This document shows positions 1-8,987 of a stretch of DNA of 64,000 nucleotides, piece after piece. Under the pieces are notes generated by a model. The model was not told the DNA's origin, did not search any database, and saw only the letters and a list, made by a program, of their open reading frames with translations. The stretch is from Candidatus Eiseniibacteriota bacterium. GTDB lineage: Bacteria > Eisenbacteria > RBG-16-71-46. A program made the translations under genes and the position numbers. Each line of letters opens with the position of its first letter. Within the stretch, counting starts at the first letter, position 1. The stretch spans positions 3,232,001-3,296,000 of the forward strand of contig OY970178.1 in NCBI GenBank assembly GCA_963707915.1. The letters run 5' to 3'.

Positions 1-161
1 ACCCGGCCGTCCGCGCGGGCCACGCCGCCGCGGTCGGCGGGGTCCACCAGCGCGACGAACTGGTGGCCGCGGGGAGCCTCCGCCAGCGCGCCGAGCAGCG
101 CGCGGATGTAGGTGCCGATGCCGCCGTCCCGGAGCTTGCGCGCGTCGAGCCCGACGATCAT
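1..161 (-). CDS. Glycosyltransferase family 4 (N-terminal part, runs off window edge)
   Basis: Minus-strand ATG at 161 reads MIVGLDARKLRDGGIGTYIRALL, a typical GT4 N-terminus. It overlaps the stop of the preceding GT gene (ATGA). Confidence 0.8.
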   Translation of the reverse strand, partial: MIVGLDARKLRDGGIGTYIRALLGALAEAPRGHQFVALVDPADRGGVARADGR

Positions 162-1330
162 CGCGACCTCCGCCACGCCTCGTGCGCCCGCTCGAACGCC
201 TCGCCGAACCGCCGGTCGAACTCCTCCGCGGCGAACGGCATCGCGAGCCCGCGCAACTCGGCCGGATCGAAGCGCTCGCGCTCGAACGCCTCGATCGCCG
301 CGGCCAGTCCATCGACCGTCTGCGTGCCGAACAGCACGCCCCCGGGGACGCGCGCCACGCCGCCCGCGGCCACGCACGCGAGCGCCGCCGGGCTCGCGCC
401 GCGGCCCACGGTCTCGAGCGCGCCGCCCCGGCCGTAGGCGATCACCGGCGTGCCGCTCGCCATCGCCTCGAGCGGGATGATCCCGAAGTCCTCCTCGCCC
501 GGGAAGAGCAGCGCGCTCGCGCCGGCGTAGATCGCGCCGACCTGCTCGTCGCCCACCCAGCCGCGGAACTCGGTCCCGGGCGGGGCGAGGCGGTGCAGCC
601 TGGGCTCGTCGGGCCCGGCCCCCGTGACCAGGACGCGCCGGCCGAGCCGGGCGCAGGTCTCCAGCGCCAGGTCGGCGCGCTTGTACGGAGCGAAGGCGCC
701 GGCCAGCAGGTAGTGAGGTGCCGTGCCCGCGGGGGGCCGTGTGCTGCCCGCGCGGAAGCGATCCACGTCCACCGGTGGATAGAGCACCTCCGCCTCGCGG
801 CCCCAGTGGCGGCGGATGCGCCCGGCGACGTGCGCCGAATCGGCGAGCAGCGCGTCCGGGCGCGTGCTGGTCGCGCGGTCCCAGGCGCGCAGGCGTTCGC
901 AGGTGCGGCGCACGTAGGCGGAGAGCGGCCAGGGGAAGCGCCCGGGCGGGAAGTAGGCCGGCTCGAGGTCCCAGACGTAGCGCATCGGCGTGAAGACGTA
1001 GCTCAGGTGGAAGGTGCCGGGTCGCGTGACGGCGCTCTTCGCCGCGGCGTGGCTGGTGGAGATCACCACGTCGAAGCCGGACAGGTCGAACGACTCGATG
1101 GCGCGGGGGAAGAGCGGCAGGAACCAGCGGTAGCGCCGCTCCGCCCCGGGCAGGTGCTGCAGGAACGAGGTGACGATCGGGTGCGACTCGATCGCTGCCG
1201 AGACCGAGCCGCGCTTCCAGACCAGCGTGTGGATCGGGGCGCCCGGGTAGCGGGCGGCGATGCGCTCGAGCACCCGCTCGCCGCCGCGCATGCCGGTGAG
1301 CCAGTCGTGGACGAGGGCGACCCGGGTCAC
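158..1330 (-). CDS. Glycosyltransferase family 4
   Basis: GTG start VTRVALVHDWLTGMRGGERVL; C-terminal EEDFGIIPLEAMASG GT-B motif. It is the true gene inside the long 158..4105 ORF. Confidence 0.9.
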   Translation of the reverse strand: MTRVALVHDWLTGMRGGERVLERIAARYPGAPIHTLVWKRGSVSAAIESHPIVTSFLQHLPGAERRYRWFLPLFPRAIESFDLSGFDVVISTSHAAAKSAVTRPGTFHLSYVFTPMRYVWDLEPAYFPPGRFPWPLSAYVRRTCERLRAWDRATSTRPDALLADSAHVAGRIRRHWGREAEVLYPPVDVDRFRAGSTRPPAGTAPHYLLAGAFAPYKRADLALETCARLGRRVLVTGAGPDEPRLHRLAPPGTEFRGWVGDEQVGAIYAGASALLFPGEEDFGIIPLEAMASGTPVIAYGRGGALETVGRGASPAALACVAAGGVARVPGGVLFGTQTVDGLAAAIEAFERERFDPAELRGLAMPFAAEEFDRRFGEAFERAHEAWRRSR

Positions 1331-2589
1331 GCGCCGGCCCCGGGCGGGGTGGCCGCGTCGGGCGTCGTCGCCGCGTCCGGGGCGTCGCGCTCGTCCCAGC
1401 CCCGCGCGGCCCAGGCCATGCCCACCAGCGTGAAGAGCGGGTAGAGCAGGGCCTCGCTGCCGAAGTTGAACTCGAAGAGCCCGGCGACCAGGAAGCCGAC
1501 CAGCAGCGCGACGACTCCGGCGCGCAGCCCCACCGCGAGCCCGCCCGCGGCGATCCTTCGCCGCAGCCCGCGCCCGGCGGCCACGAACAGCGAGCCGTAG
1601 AGCAGCGCGAAGGCGGCCAGCCCGACGAGCCCCATGCTGGCCGCGATCTGGACCGGCACGCTGTGCAGGTGACCGGCGCGTTCCCTGGCCTGCGGCGGCT
1701 TGTAGCGTTCGTAGATCGGCTGCAGGTCCTGGGGCCCCACGCCGGTGAGCGGACGATCGAGGAACATGGCGAGCCCGCCCTGCCACATGTAGGTGCGCTC
1801 GAGGTTGGTCGGGTCGTGCAGGTCGAAGGAGCTCAGCGCCCGCGCCCGGTACGACGCGGGCGCCAGCGCGACGGCGACGGCGATCGCGGCGGCCAGCGCC
1901 GGGAGCCAGCGCGGGCGCGACAGGCCGAACAGGGTCGCCAGCGCGGCGGCCAGCCCGAGCCAGGCGCTGCGCGTGAAGGTGGCCGCCAGCGCGACGCTGC
2001 CGGCCAGGGCGGAGCCCAGCGCGGCCAGCCGCCAGCGCCGGGCGGGCTCGAGGGCGGCCACGCCCGCGGCCAGGCTCACGAAGATCAGGAGTTGGCCGCC
2101 GAAGGTCATATAGTGGCCGACCGCGCCGTGGGCGCGCTGCGGCCAGCCGACCCCCAGCGCCAGGTAGTGGACGATCCCGAAGAGCGCCGCCAGCGTGGCG
2201 GAAGCGAGCAGGACCGCGAGCGTGCGGCGGCCCTCGCGGGCCGTTCGCGTGTAGGTCGCGGCCATCGGCACCAGCAGGGGGAAGAGCGTCTTCTTGAGTT
2301 GCACGAGACTTGCAGCCCGATCGACGGCGAACCATGCGGAAAGCGCGAAGGCGGCGAACCATGCGAGCGCGGGCCAGGCGACCGGCGTGGCGGGCCAGCG
2401 GTCCGAACGCCGGATCCAGCGGGCCAGGGTCAAGGGGGCGCAGATCGCGACCGCGATGGACATTGGCGCGATCGACCAGGGCAGCGCAGCGACGAAGAGC
2501 AGGAAGCTCCAGCCGGCCACCCGGTCGAGCAACGGCTCCGGGGTGGCAGGCGGGGCAGGATTCTTGCGAGCGAGGACGATCTTCGACAT
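1327..2589 (-). CDS. O-antigen ligase (WaaL/Wzy_C) family membrane protein
   Basis: Many TM segments; TFTRSAW, ERTYMW..PLTGVG and HLHS motifs. Start placed at MSKIVL (2589). Confidence 0.85.
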   Translation of the reverse strand: MSKIVLARKNPAPPATPEPLLDRVAGWSFLLFVAALPWSIAPMSIAVAICAPLTLARWIRRSDRWPATPVAWPALAWFAAFALSAWFAVDRAASLVQLKKTLFPLLVPMAATYTRTAREGRRTLAVLLASATLAALFGIVHYLALGVGWPQRAHGAVGHYMTFGGQLLIFVSLAAGVAALEPARRWRLAALGSALAGSVALAATFTRSAWLGLAAALATLFGLSRPRWLPALAAAIAVAVALAPASYRARALSSFDLHDPTNLERTYMWQGGLAMFLDRPLTGVGPQDLQPIYERYKPPQARERAGHLHSVPVQIAASMGLVGLAAFALLYGSLFVAAGRGLRRRIAAGGLAVGLRAGVVALLVGFLVAGLFEFNFGSEALLYPLFTLVGMAWAARGWDERDAPDAATTPDAATPPGAGA

Positions 2590-2980
2590 GGGACGCGTCG
2601 GTTGGCGCGGGCCGGCACGACGGGTCTCCCCGCCACGGTGCGTGGTCACAGGCGCCGCACGCTATCGGAGTGGCTGAGGGCTGTCCAGAGGGACACGGCC
2701 GCGGTGGGTGGGAGCATCGCCTTCCGGGCCGCGGGGACCGGCCCGGAGGCTGCACGCGGAGTTCTTGGCACTCCGCGGGTCCATTGGGGTAGTATCCGGC
2801 GACTTGACAGGTGTGGGCAGCCCAAGCGGTCTGAACGGAGAGTCGCGGCAGGCGGAGGTCCCCGACCGGGACCCGCCGGTGGTAGCGCACTTCTCGTGTC
2901 CGGTTTCGCCGATGCGCCATGGACCTCGGCCAGTGCGGACCCGGAGTCGGTCTTGAAGCGGGTCCAGTGAGGGAACGCTC

Positions 2981-3979
2981 ATGAGAATCTTCGTCACCGG
3001 AGGAGCCGGGTTCATCGGGTCGCATCTCTCCGAAAGGCTCCTCGACGGCGGGCACGAAGTCTGGGTCCTCGATGACCTCTCCACCGGCCGCCTCGAGAAC
3101 ATCCGGGCGTTCGAGCGCCATCCGCGCTTCCGCTTCCTCGAAGGCAACGTCATGGACCAGTCGCTGGTGAACGGGCTGGTGGCCCGCAGCGAGCGGGTCT
3201 ACCACCTGGCCGCCGCGGTCGGCGTCAAGTACGTGCTCGAGAACCCGCTGCGCTCCCTCATCACCAACATCCGCGGCACCGAGGTGGTGCTCCAGGCCTG
3301 TGCCGAGCACGAGCGCCGGGTGGTGATCTTCTCGAGCAGCGAGGTCTACGGCAAGGGCGTGGCCGTGCCCTTCTCCGAGGACGACGACCGGCTGATGGGC
3401 CCGACCAACAAGCTGCGCTGGTCCTACGCGGCCGGCAAGGCGGTGGACGAGTGCCTGGCCCAGGCCTACTGGCAGCAGCAGCAGACCCCGGTGACGGTGG
3501 TGCGTTGCTTCAACACCTGCGGGCCGCGGCAGTCGAGCGCCTACGGCATGGTGATCCCCAACATGATCCAGCGCGCGCTGCGCAACGAGCCCATCCTGGT
3601 GTTCGGGGACGGCCGCCAGAGCCGCTGCTTCTCCGCGGTCAGCGACGTGGTGCGCGGGGTGATGATGCTGGCCGAGAGCCGCGACACCGAGGGCGAGATC
3701 TACAACATCGGCACCGACGAGGAGGTCACCATCCTCGAGCTGGCGCAGCGGATCAAGGCCCTCTGCCGAAGCGAATCGGATATCGAGTTCGTGGCGTACG
3801 AGAACATCTACGGCAGCTCGTTCGAGGACATGCGCCGCCGGGTGCCGAACCTCGCGAAGGTCCGGCGCGCCGTGGGCTACGAACCGCGGTCCACGCTCGA
3901 CCAGCTGCTGGAGATCACCATCCGGGACAACTGCGAACAGATGAGTCTGCCGGTCCCGGCGGGCGTGGCCACGGCCTAG
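2981..3979 (+). CDS. NAD-dependent nucleotide-sugar epimerase/dehydratase/decarboxylase
   Basis: TGGAGFIGSHL Rossmann motif, SSSEVYG, YAAGK catalytic YxxxK, GDGRQSRCF. Confidence 0.92.
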   Translation: MRIFVTGGAGFIGSHLSERLLDGGHEVWVLDDLSTGRLENIRAFERHPRFRFLEGNVMDQSLVNGLVARSERVYHLAAAVGVKYVLENPLRSLITNIRGTEVVLQACAEHERRVVIFSSSEVYGKGVAVPFSEDDDRLMGPTNKLRWSYAAGKAVDECLAQAYWQQQQTPVTVVRCFNTCGPRQSSAYGMVIPNMIQRALRNEPILVFGDGRQSRCFSAVSDVVRGVMMLAESRDTEGEIYNIGTDEEVTILELAQRIKALCRSESDIEFVAYENIYGSSFEDMRRRVPNLAKVRRAVGYEPRSTLDQLLEITIRDNCEQMSLPVPAGVATA

Positions 3980-4022
3980 CCCGGACCGATCGGCTGAGCG
4001 CGAGACTGGCCCCGGACGCCCC

Positions 4023-5039
4023 GTGATCCTGGCCTCCGCCTTCGGCCTCGCGCTCCTGTTCGGCCTCGTCCTGGCACCCGCCGGGATCCGGCTGGCGTGG
4101 GCCACCGGCTATCTCGACCACCCCGCGGCCCGCAAGCTCCACACCTCGGCCACCGCGCTGCTCGGCGGCGCCGTGGTCCTCCTGGCCGGGCTGGCGGCGT
4201 GGGGCGTCCTGCGCCTGGCGGGGCGCGCCGACCCGGTGAGCGCGGCGCCGGGGCTGCTCGCCGGGGCGCTCATCGTGTTCGTGCTCGGCCTGGTGGACGA
4301 CCGCTTCGGCATGAACCCGGTGCTGAAGCTGGCGGGGCAGGCCGCGGCGGCCGCGGTCCTGCTGGCCTCGCAGCGCCTGCCGGGGCTGGGGCTGCCCGTG
4401 CCGCTCGAGGTGGCGCTCACGATGACCGCCCTGGTGGCCCTGATGAACGCCGTGAACTTCCTCGACAACATGAACGGCATGGTCGGGGGGATGGCCGCCA
4501 TCACGCTGGCCGCGTTCGGCCTGGCCTCGGCCGCGCGGGGGGCGATGGGCCTCGCGACCGCGCAGTTCGCCCTGGCCGGGGCCTGTGCGGGATTCCTGCC
4601 CTACAACTTCCCGCGGGCCCGCATCTTCCTGGGGGACGCGGGGAGCCTCCTGTTGGGGTATAGTCTGGGCGCTTCGGCGGTGCTGGCCTTCGCGGCGGCC
4701 CCGCGGGGGTGGGGCCGGCTGGGCCCGCTGCTGCTGCTGGCCTACCCGGCATTCGACATGATCTTCGTCGTGGTCAACCGCCTGGGCGAGGGCCGCAAGG
4801 TCTACCAGGGCGGCAAGGACCACAGCAACCACCGACTGGCGAGTGTGATCCGATGTCCGAAGAGAACCGTCCTCCTGATGTGGTGCAGTTCGGCCGCCCT
4901 CTGCGCAAGCGGGCTCGCGGTCCTGTGGCTCAACCGGCCAGCCCCAGCCCTGCTGTTGTCGGGCCTGTGGATGGCCCTGTTGTCGTGGAGCGGGTGGAGA
5001 CTGTCGTCGATCCCCGTCCTGCCGACGCCGCCCCGCTGA
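4023..5039 (+). CDS. wecA: MraY/WecA family undecaprenyl-phosphate GlcNAc-1-P transferase
   Basis: GLVDDRFG, NAVNFLDNMNG, YNFPRARIFLGDAGS and DHSNHRL motifs; polytopic. Confidence 0.85.
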   Translation: MILASAFGLALLFGLVLAPAGIRLAWATGYLDHPAARKLHTSATALLGGAVVLLAGLAAWGVLRLAGRADPVSAAPGLLAGALIVFVLGLVDDRFGMNPVLKLAGQAAAAAVLLASQRLPGLGLPVPLEVALTMTALVALMNAVNFLDNMNGMVGGMAAITLAAFGLASAARGAMGLATAQFALAGACAGFLPYNFPRARIFLGDAGSLLLGYSLGASAVLAFAAAPRGWGRLGPLLLLAYPAFDMIFVVVNRLGEGRKVYQGGKDHSNHRLASVIRCPKRTVLLMWCSSAALCASGLAVLWLNRPAPALLLSGLWMALLSWSGWRLSSIPVLPTPPR

Positions 5040-5065
5040 CCCCGAGGCCGGCGCCCGCGCCGCGC

Positions 5066-5329
5066 GTGGCACGCGGAGCCGGCCCCGAGGACCAGCGACT
5101 GCGCGACCTGGTGGTGATGATGGCCCGGGGCCTGGTGGACCGGCCCGACGAGGTGGCGGTCGAGGTCCTGGAACCCGGCGAGGACGCGGTGCTGGAGCTG
5201 CGCGTGCATCCCGACGACCTGGGCCACGTCATCGGCAAGCAGGGGCGCACCGCGCGCTCGATGCGGCTCGCGCTCGGCGCCGCCGCGTCGCGGATGGGCC
5301 GCCATGCCGACCTCGAGATCGCCGATTAG
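5066..5329 (+). CDS. khpA: KH-domain RNA-binding protein KhpA
   Basis: LVDRPDEV...ELRVHPDDLGHVIGKQGRTARSMR; adjacent to rimM. Start (GTG 5066) is uncertain. Confidence 0.88.
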   Translation: MARGAGPEDQRLRDLVVMMARGLVDRPDEVAVEVLEPGEDAVLELRVHPDDLGHVIGKQGRTARSMRLALGAAASRMGRHADLEIAD

Positions 5330-5849
5330 CGGTCCTCCGGCCGTGCCGATGGTGCGGATCGGCCGCATGGGCCGGACCCACGGGGTGCAGGGCGAGGTCA
5401 ACCTGGACGGCGCCTCGCTCACGCCGCTCGAGCTGCACGCGATCAAGCGCTTCACCTGGCGTCGCGCGGGCGCGCCGGAGCGCGTGCTCACGCTCGAGGC
5501 CGCGCGTCCCGCCATGGCGCGCATGCTGGTGCGCTTCGAGGGCATCACCGTGCGCGAACGGGCGGCCGAGCTGACGAACGGCGAGCTGTGGGCCCCGCGG
5601 GAGGCGCTCCCCGCTCCGGGCCCGGGGACGGTCTACACGTTCCAGCTCGTCGGCCTGCGCGTGGAGACCGAGCAGGGCCGCGTGCTGGGCGCCATCGCCG
5701 AGGTGGTCTCGACCGGGGCGCACCCGGTCTACGTGGTGCGGGGCGAGCGCGAGTTGCTGGTGCCCGCCGCGCCCGGCGTGGTGAAGCGCGTGGACCTCGA
5801 GGCCGGGCTCATGGTCGTGGCCCTGCCGGAAGGGCTCGAGGAGCTGTGA
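5304..5849 (+). CDS. rimM: 16S rRNA processing protein RimM
   Basis: IGRMGRTHGVQGEV, LVGLRVETEQGRVLG, ELLVPA..VDL; synteny with trmD. Start may lie slightly downstream. Confidence 0.9.
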   Translation: MPTSRSPISGPPAVPMVRIGRMGRTHGVQGEVNLDGASLTPLELHAIKRFTWRRAGAPERVLTLEAARPAMARMLVRFEGITVRERAAELTNGELWAPREALPAPGPGTVYTFQLVGLRVETEQGRVLGAIAEVVSTGAHPVYVVRGERELLVPAAPGVVKRVDLEAGLMVVALPEGLEEL

Positions 5850-5856
5850 GGCGGTC

Positions 5857-6606
5857 GTGAGGATCTCGCTGCTGACGATCTTCCCGGACTTCTTCGGACC
5901 GGCCCTCGACGAGGGCATGATCCGGCTCGCGCGCGAAAAGGGCCGGCTCGAGGTCGGCGTGGTCCACCTGCGCGACTTCACCGACGATTCCCACCGCTCG
6001 ACCGACGACTACCCGTTCGGCGGGGGCGTGGGGATGATCATGAAGGTCGAGCCCATCGACCGGGCGCTGCAGTCGCTCGCCGTGGGCGAGAAGGGCGCGC
6101 GCCCGGCGGGCACGCGGGTGGTGCTGTTCTCGCCGCAGGGGCGGCCCTTCACGCAGGCGCTGGCCCTCGAGTACGCCACGCTCGGGCACCTGGTGCTGGT
6201 GAACGGGCGCTACAAGGGCGTGGACGAGCGCGTGAGCGAGCGGCTGGTGGACGAGGAGGTCTCGCTCGGCGACTTCGTGCTGTCGGGCGGCGAGCCGGCC
6301 GCGCTCTGCGTCGTCGACGCGGTGGCGCGCCTGCTGCCGGGCGTGGTCGGCTCCTTCGACTCGGTGGAGGGCGACTCGTTCCACTCCGGCGTGCTCGACA
6401 CGCCGTACTACACCCGGCCGGCGGAGTACCGCGGCTGGCCGGTGCCCGAGGTGCTGCTCTCGGGCCACCACGCCCAGATCGCCAAGGCCCGCCGCGAGGA
6501 GTCGCTGCGGCGCACGCTGGCCCGGCGCCCGGACCTGCTCGCGTCCGCCGAGCTCTCGGCCGAGGACGTCCGTTTCCTGAAGCGCTGGGGGTGGAAGGGA
6601 CGCTGA
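5857..6606 (+). CDS. trmD: tRNA (guanine-N1)-methyltransferase
   Basis: LTIFPDFF, DDYPFGGGVGM, GRYKGVDERV, SLGDFVLSGGE, YTRPAEYRG. Confidence 0.97.
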   Translation: MRISLLTIFPDFFGPALDEGMIRLAREKGRLEVGVVHLRDFTDDSHRSTDDYPFGGGVGMIMKVEPIDRALQSLAVGEKGARPAGTRVVLFSPQGRPFTQALALEYATLGHLVLVNGRYKGVDERVSERLVDEEVSLGDFVLSGGEPAALCVVDAVARLLPGVVGSFDSVEGDSFHSGVLDTPYYTRPAEYRGWPVPEVLLSGHHAQIAKARREESLRRTLARRPDLLASAELSAEDVRFLKRWGWKGR

Positions 6607-6680
6607 GCCTGCGGCCGCGGCTCTCCGCGGGGATCCCGGGCTCCGGCAGGGTGTAGAATAGGGTGACATCGGAGGGTCCC

Positions 6681-7385
6681 ATGAGAGCCGCGTCCGCGCA
6701 GCCCCTGCTCGTCGCCGTCGTCGTCCTGGCGGCCCTCGCCGGCTGTTCGACCGAGGAGCACGTCACCGGGCCGTCCCGGTCGCACCCGACCATCGTGTCC
6801 GCGCCCGTGGCGGACTCGCCCGAGTACGCGGTCCGCTTGTTCCAGTGGGGCTGGAACCACCGCGACCTCGAATCGTTCCGCCGGGTCCTGCCGGGCGACT
6901 TCCGCTTCGTCTTCGCGCTGGCCGACTCGTCCGGGAACCGGTTCACCAACGACCCGCTCGGCCGCGAGGAGATGCTCACCATCCTGTCCGGCATCTTCAC
7001 GGGCGGCGGCCGGTGCTCGCCGGCCAGCAGCGTCGTCCTGCTCTTCGACCCCGTGCTGCGCCCGATCGACGACAGCCGGCCGGGCAGGAACCCGAGGTGG
7101 CACAAGGGGATCCTCACCAGCGTCGATCTCACCCTCAAGCTCGAGGACGGCGAGGAGTATCGCGTCTCCGGGAACGCCCGGTTCTTCCTGGTGCGCGGCG
7201 ATTCCGCGGTCATCCCGCCGGACCTCGCAGCCGAGGGGGTCGGCCCCGACTCGACCCGGTGGTACATCCAGCAGTGGAACGACGAGACGCTCCAGGGGGC
7301 CGGCGCGCTCTCGCGGGCGGTCCCGGCGAAGTCCCAGCCCGCGCGGCAGACGACCTGGGGGAGCATCCTGGCGCTCTACTTCTGA
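6681..7385 (+). CDS. Putative lipoprotein of unknown function with C-terminal TWG-type tail
   Basis: GGAGG SD before ATG 6681; lipobox ALAG-C; ends TTWGSILALYF. Confidence 0.75.
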   Translation: MRAASAQPLLVAVVVLAALAGCSTEEHVTGPSRSHPTIVSAPVADSPEYAVRLFQWGWNHRDLESFRRVLPGDFRFVFALADSSGNRFTNDPLGREEMLTILSGIFTGGGRCSPASSVVLLFDPVLRPIDDSRPGRNPRWHKGILTSVDLTLKLEDGEEYRVSGNARFFLVRGDSAVIPPDLAAEGVGPDSTRWYIQQWNDETLQGAGALSRAVPAKSQPARQTTWGSILALYF

Positions 7386-7488
7386 GACCGGGGTCCCGCA
7401 GGCCGGCCACGCTGCGCGGGTCGCACCGCGGCCGGGTGCTTCCACCCGGGCCGGTTTCCGGCCCCGCGGACGGCGTCCCGGGCCGGAT

Positions 7489-7517
7489 TTGGCGCTCCGG
7501 TCCGTCTCCCGTATAAT
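7489..7517 (+). promoter_or_regulatory. Sigma70-type promoter for rplS
   Basis: TTGGCG-17 bp-TATAAT about 60 nt upstream of the rplS ATG. Confidence 0.65.
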
Positions 7518-7577
7518 ACGCGGCCGCTGGATTCGCCCGGTTACCGATGACTTGGGCGCGAGACAAAGGAGATCGTC

Positions 7578-7949
7578 ATGGGCCTGATGGAAAAGATCGA
7601 GGCCGCTCAGCTCAAGTCGGACCGACCCGAGCTTCGTCCCGGCGATACTGTCGAGGTCGCGGTGCGCGTGATCGAAGGCGACAAGGAGCGGCAGCAGAAG
7701 TTCCGTGGAGAGGTCATCAACGTGCGCGGCGCGGGAGTCCGCAAGACCTTCACCGTGCGCAAGATCTCGGATGGCATCGGGGTCGAGCGTACCTTCCCGC
7801 TGCACAGCCCGGCGGTCGGCGAGATCAAGGTGATCAAGCACTCGAAGGTCCGCCGTGCCAAGCTGTTCTACCTGCGGGAGAAGACCGGCAAGGCCGCCCG
7901 CCTCACGGAGAAGAAGTCCGGGGCGAGGGAGCGCGCGCCCAAGGAGTAG
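7578..7949 (+). CDS. rplS: 50S ribosomal protein L19
   Basis: PGDTVEVAVRVIEGDKERQQKFRG, TFTVRKISDGIGVERTFPLHSP, VRRAKLFYLR; AAGGAG SD. Confidence 0.98.
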   Translation: MGLMEKIEAAQLKSDRPELRPGDTVEVAVRVIEGDKERQQKFRGEVINVRGAGVRKTFTVRKISDGIGVERTFPLHSPAVGEIKVIKHSKVRRAKLFYLREKTGKAARLTEKKSGARERAPKE

Positions 7950-7951
7950 GC

Positions 7952-8581
7952 GTGGAGCGCTGGCGCCGGCTCGCCCGGGAACAGGCGGAACTGGTCGGTG
8001 ACGCGCTCGCGGTGGCCGGCGTGGACGAGGTCGGCCGCGGCCCGCTGGCCGGGCCGGTGGTGGCCGCCGCGGTGGTGCTGGACGAGCGGTGCGGGTGGGA
8101 CGGGGTGAACGACAGCAAGAAGCTCTCGCCCGCCGCGCGCGAAGCGGTCTACGCCCGGGTCCTCCAGGAGGCCCGGGCGTTCTCGTGGGCGGTGGTGGGG
8201 CCGCGCGTCATCGACCAGCTCAACATCCGCCAGGCCAGCCTCGAGGCCATGCGCCGGGCGGTCGCGCAGTTGCCGCTCGCCCCGGACCTGGTGCTGGTGG
8301 ACGGCAACGACCGCGTGCCCGGCCTCGCCTGCCGCCAACGTTCGGTGATCTCGGGCGACGCGCGACTGCTCTCGGTGGCCGCGGCCTCGGTCGTGGCCAA
8401 GGTGGTCCGCGACCGCATCATGGAGCGCCTGGATGCCGTGTGGCCCGACTACGGCTTCGCCCGCCACAAGGGCTACGGCACGCCCGAGCACCTCGCCGCC
8501 CTGGACCGCTTCGGGCCCTGCGCGCTGCACCGCTTCTCCTTCGCGCCGGTGCGCGTGCAACGCACGGCGCTCATCCCCTAG
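7952..8581 (+). CDS. rnhB: Ribonuclease HII
   Basis: AGVDEVGRGPLAGPVVAAAV, NDSKKLS, LVDGN, AAASVVAKVVRD, HKGYGT. Confidence 0.96.
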   Translation: MERWRRLAREQAELVGDALAVAGVDEVGRGPLAGPVVAAAVVLDERCGWDGVNDSKKLSPAAREAVYARVLQEARAFSWAVVGPRVIDQLNIRQASLEAMRRAVAQLPLAPDLVLVDGNDRVPGLACRQRSVISGDARLLSVAAASVVAKVVRDRIMERLDAVWPDYGFARHKGYGTPEHLAALDRFGPCALHRFSFAPVRVQRTALIP

Positions 8582-8629
8582 AATCGGCCGCGAGGGGTCG
8601 CCCCCGCGCCGCCCCCGGGGAGCGGCATC

Positions 8630-8983
8630 ATGGGACTGGCACAACAGCGCGGCCGGGCGGGCGAGACGCTGGCTGCCGCCTACCTCGAGCTCGCGGGGCT
8701 CGAGGTGACACGGCGCAACGTGCGGCTCGCGGGGGTCGAGGTGGACCTGGTGGCGCGCGAAGGCCGCACGCGGGTGGTGGTCGAGGTGAAGCTGCGCAAT
8801 CGCGCGGACTACGGCGGCGCGGCCGGGGCGGTGGACGAGCGCAAGCGCGAGCGGCTGCGGCGCGCGGCGCTGGCACTGCTGGGCGAGGAGGGAGGACCGG
8901 TGCGGGTGGACGTCGTGGCGATGGAACTCTCGGCCGAGGGGCTGACGTTGCGGCACGTCCGCGACGCGGTCCAGGGCGCCTGA
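8630..8983 (+). CDS. YraN/UPF0102 family endonuclease-like protein
   Basis: GRAGETLAAAYL..RN..EVDLVA..VEVK..AV...K; follows rnhB as is typical. Confidence 0.9.
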   Translation: MGLAQQRGRAGETLAAAYLELAGLEVTRRNVRLAGVEVDLVAREGRTRVVVEVKLRNRADYGGAAGAVDERKRERLRRAALALLGEEGGPVRVDVVAMELSAEGLTLRHVRDAVQGA

Positions 8984-8987
8984 GCCG

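Noticed and set aside
158..4105. 1315-aa minus-strand ORF and other giant shadow ORFs (21674..24598, 41309..45460, 51569..54532, 58017..61604)
   Set aside because: Stop-poor antisense or alternate frames of real genes in very high-GC DNA. Only 158-1330 of the first is a real protein.
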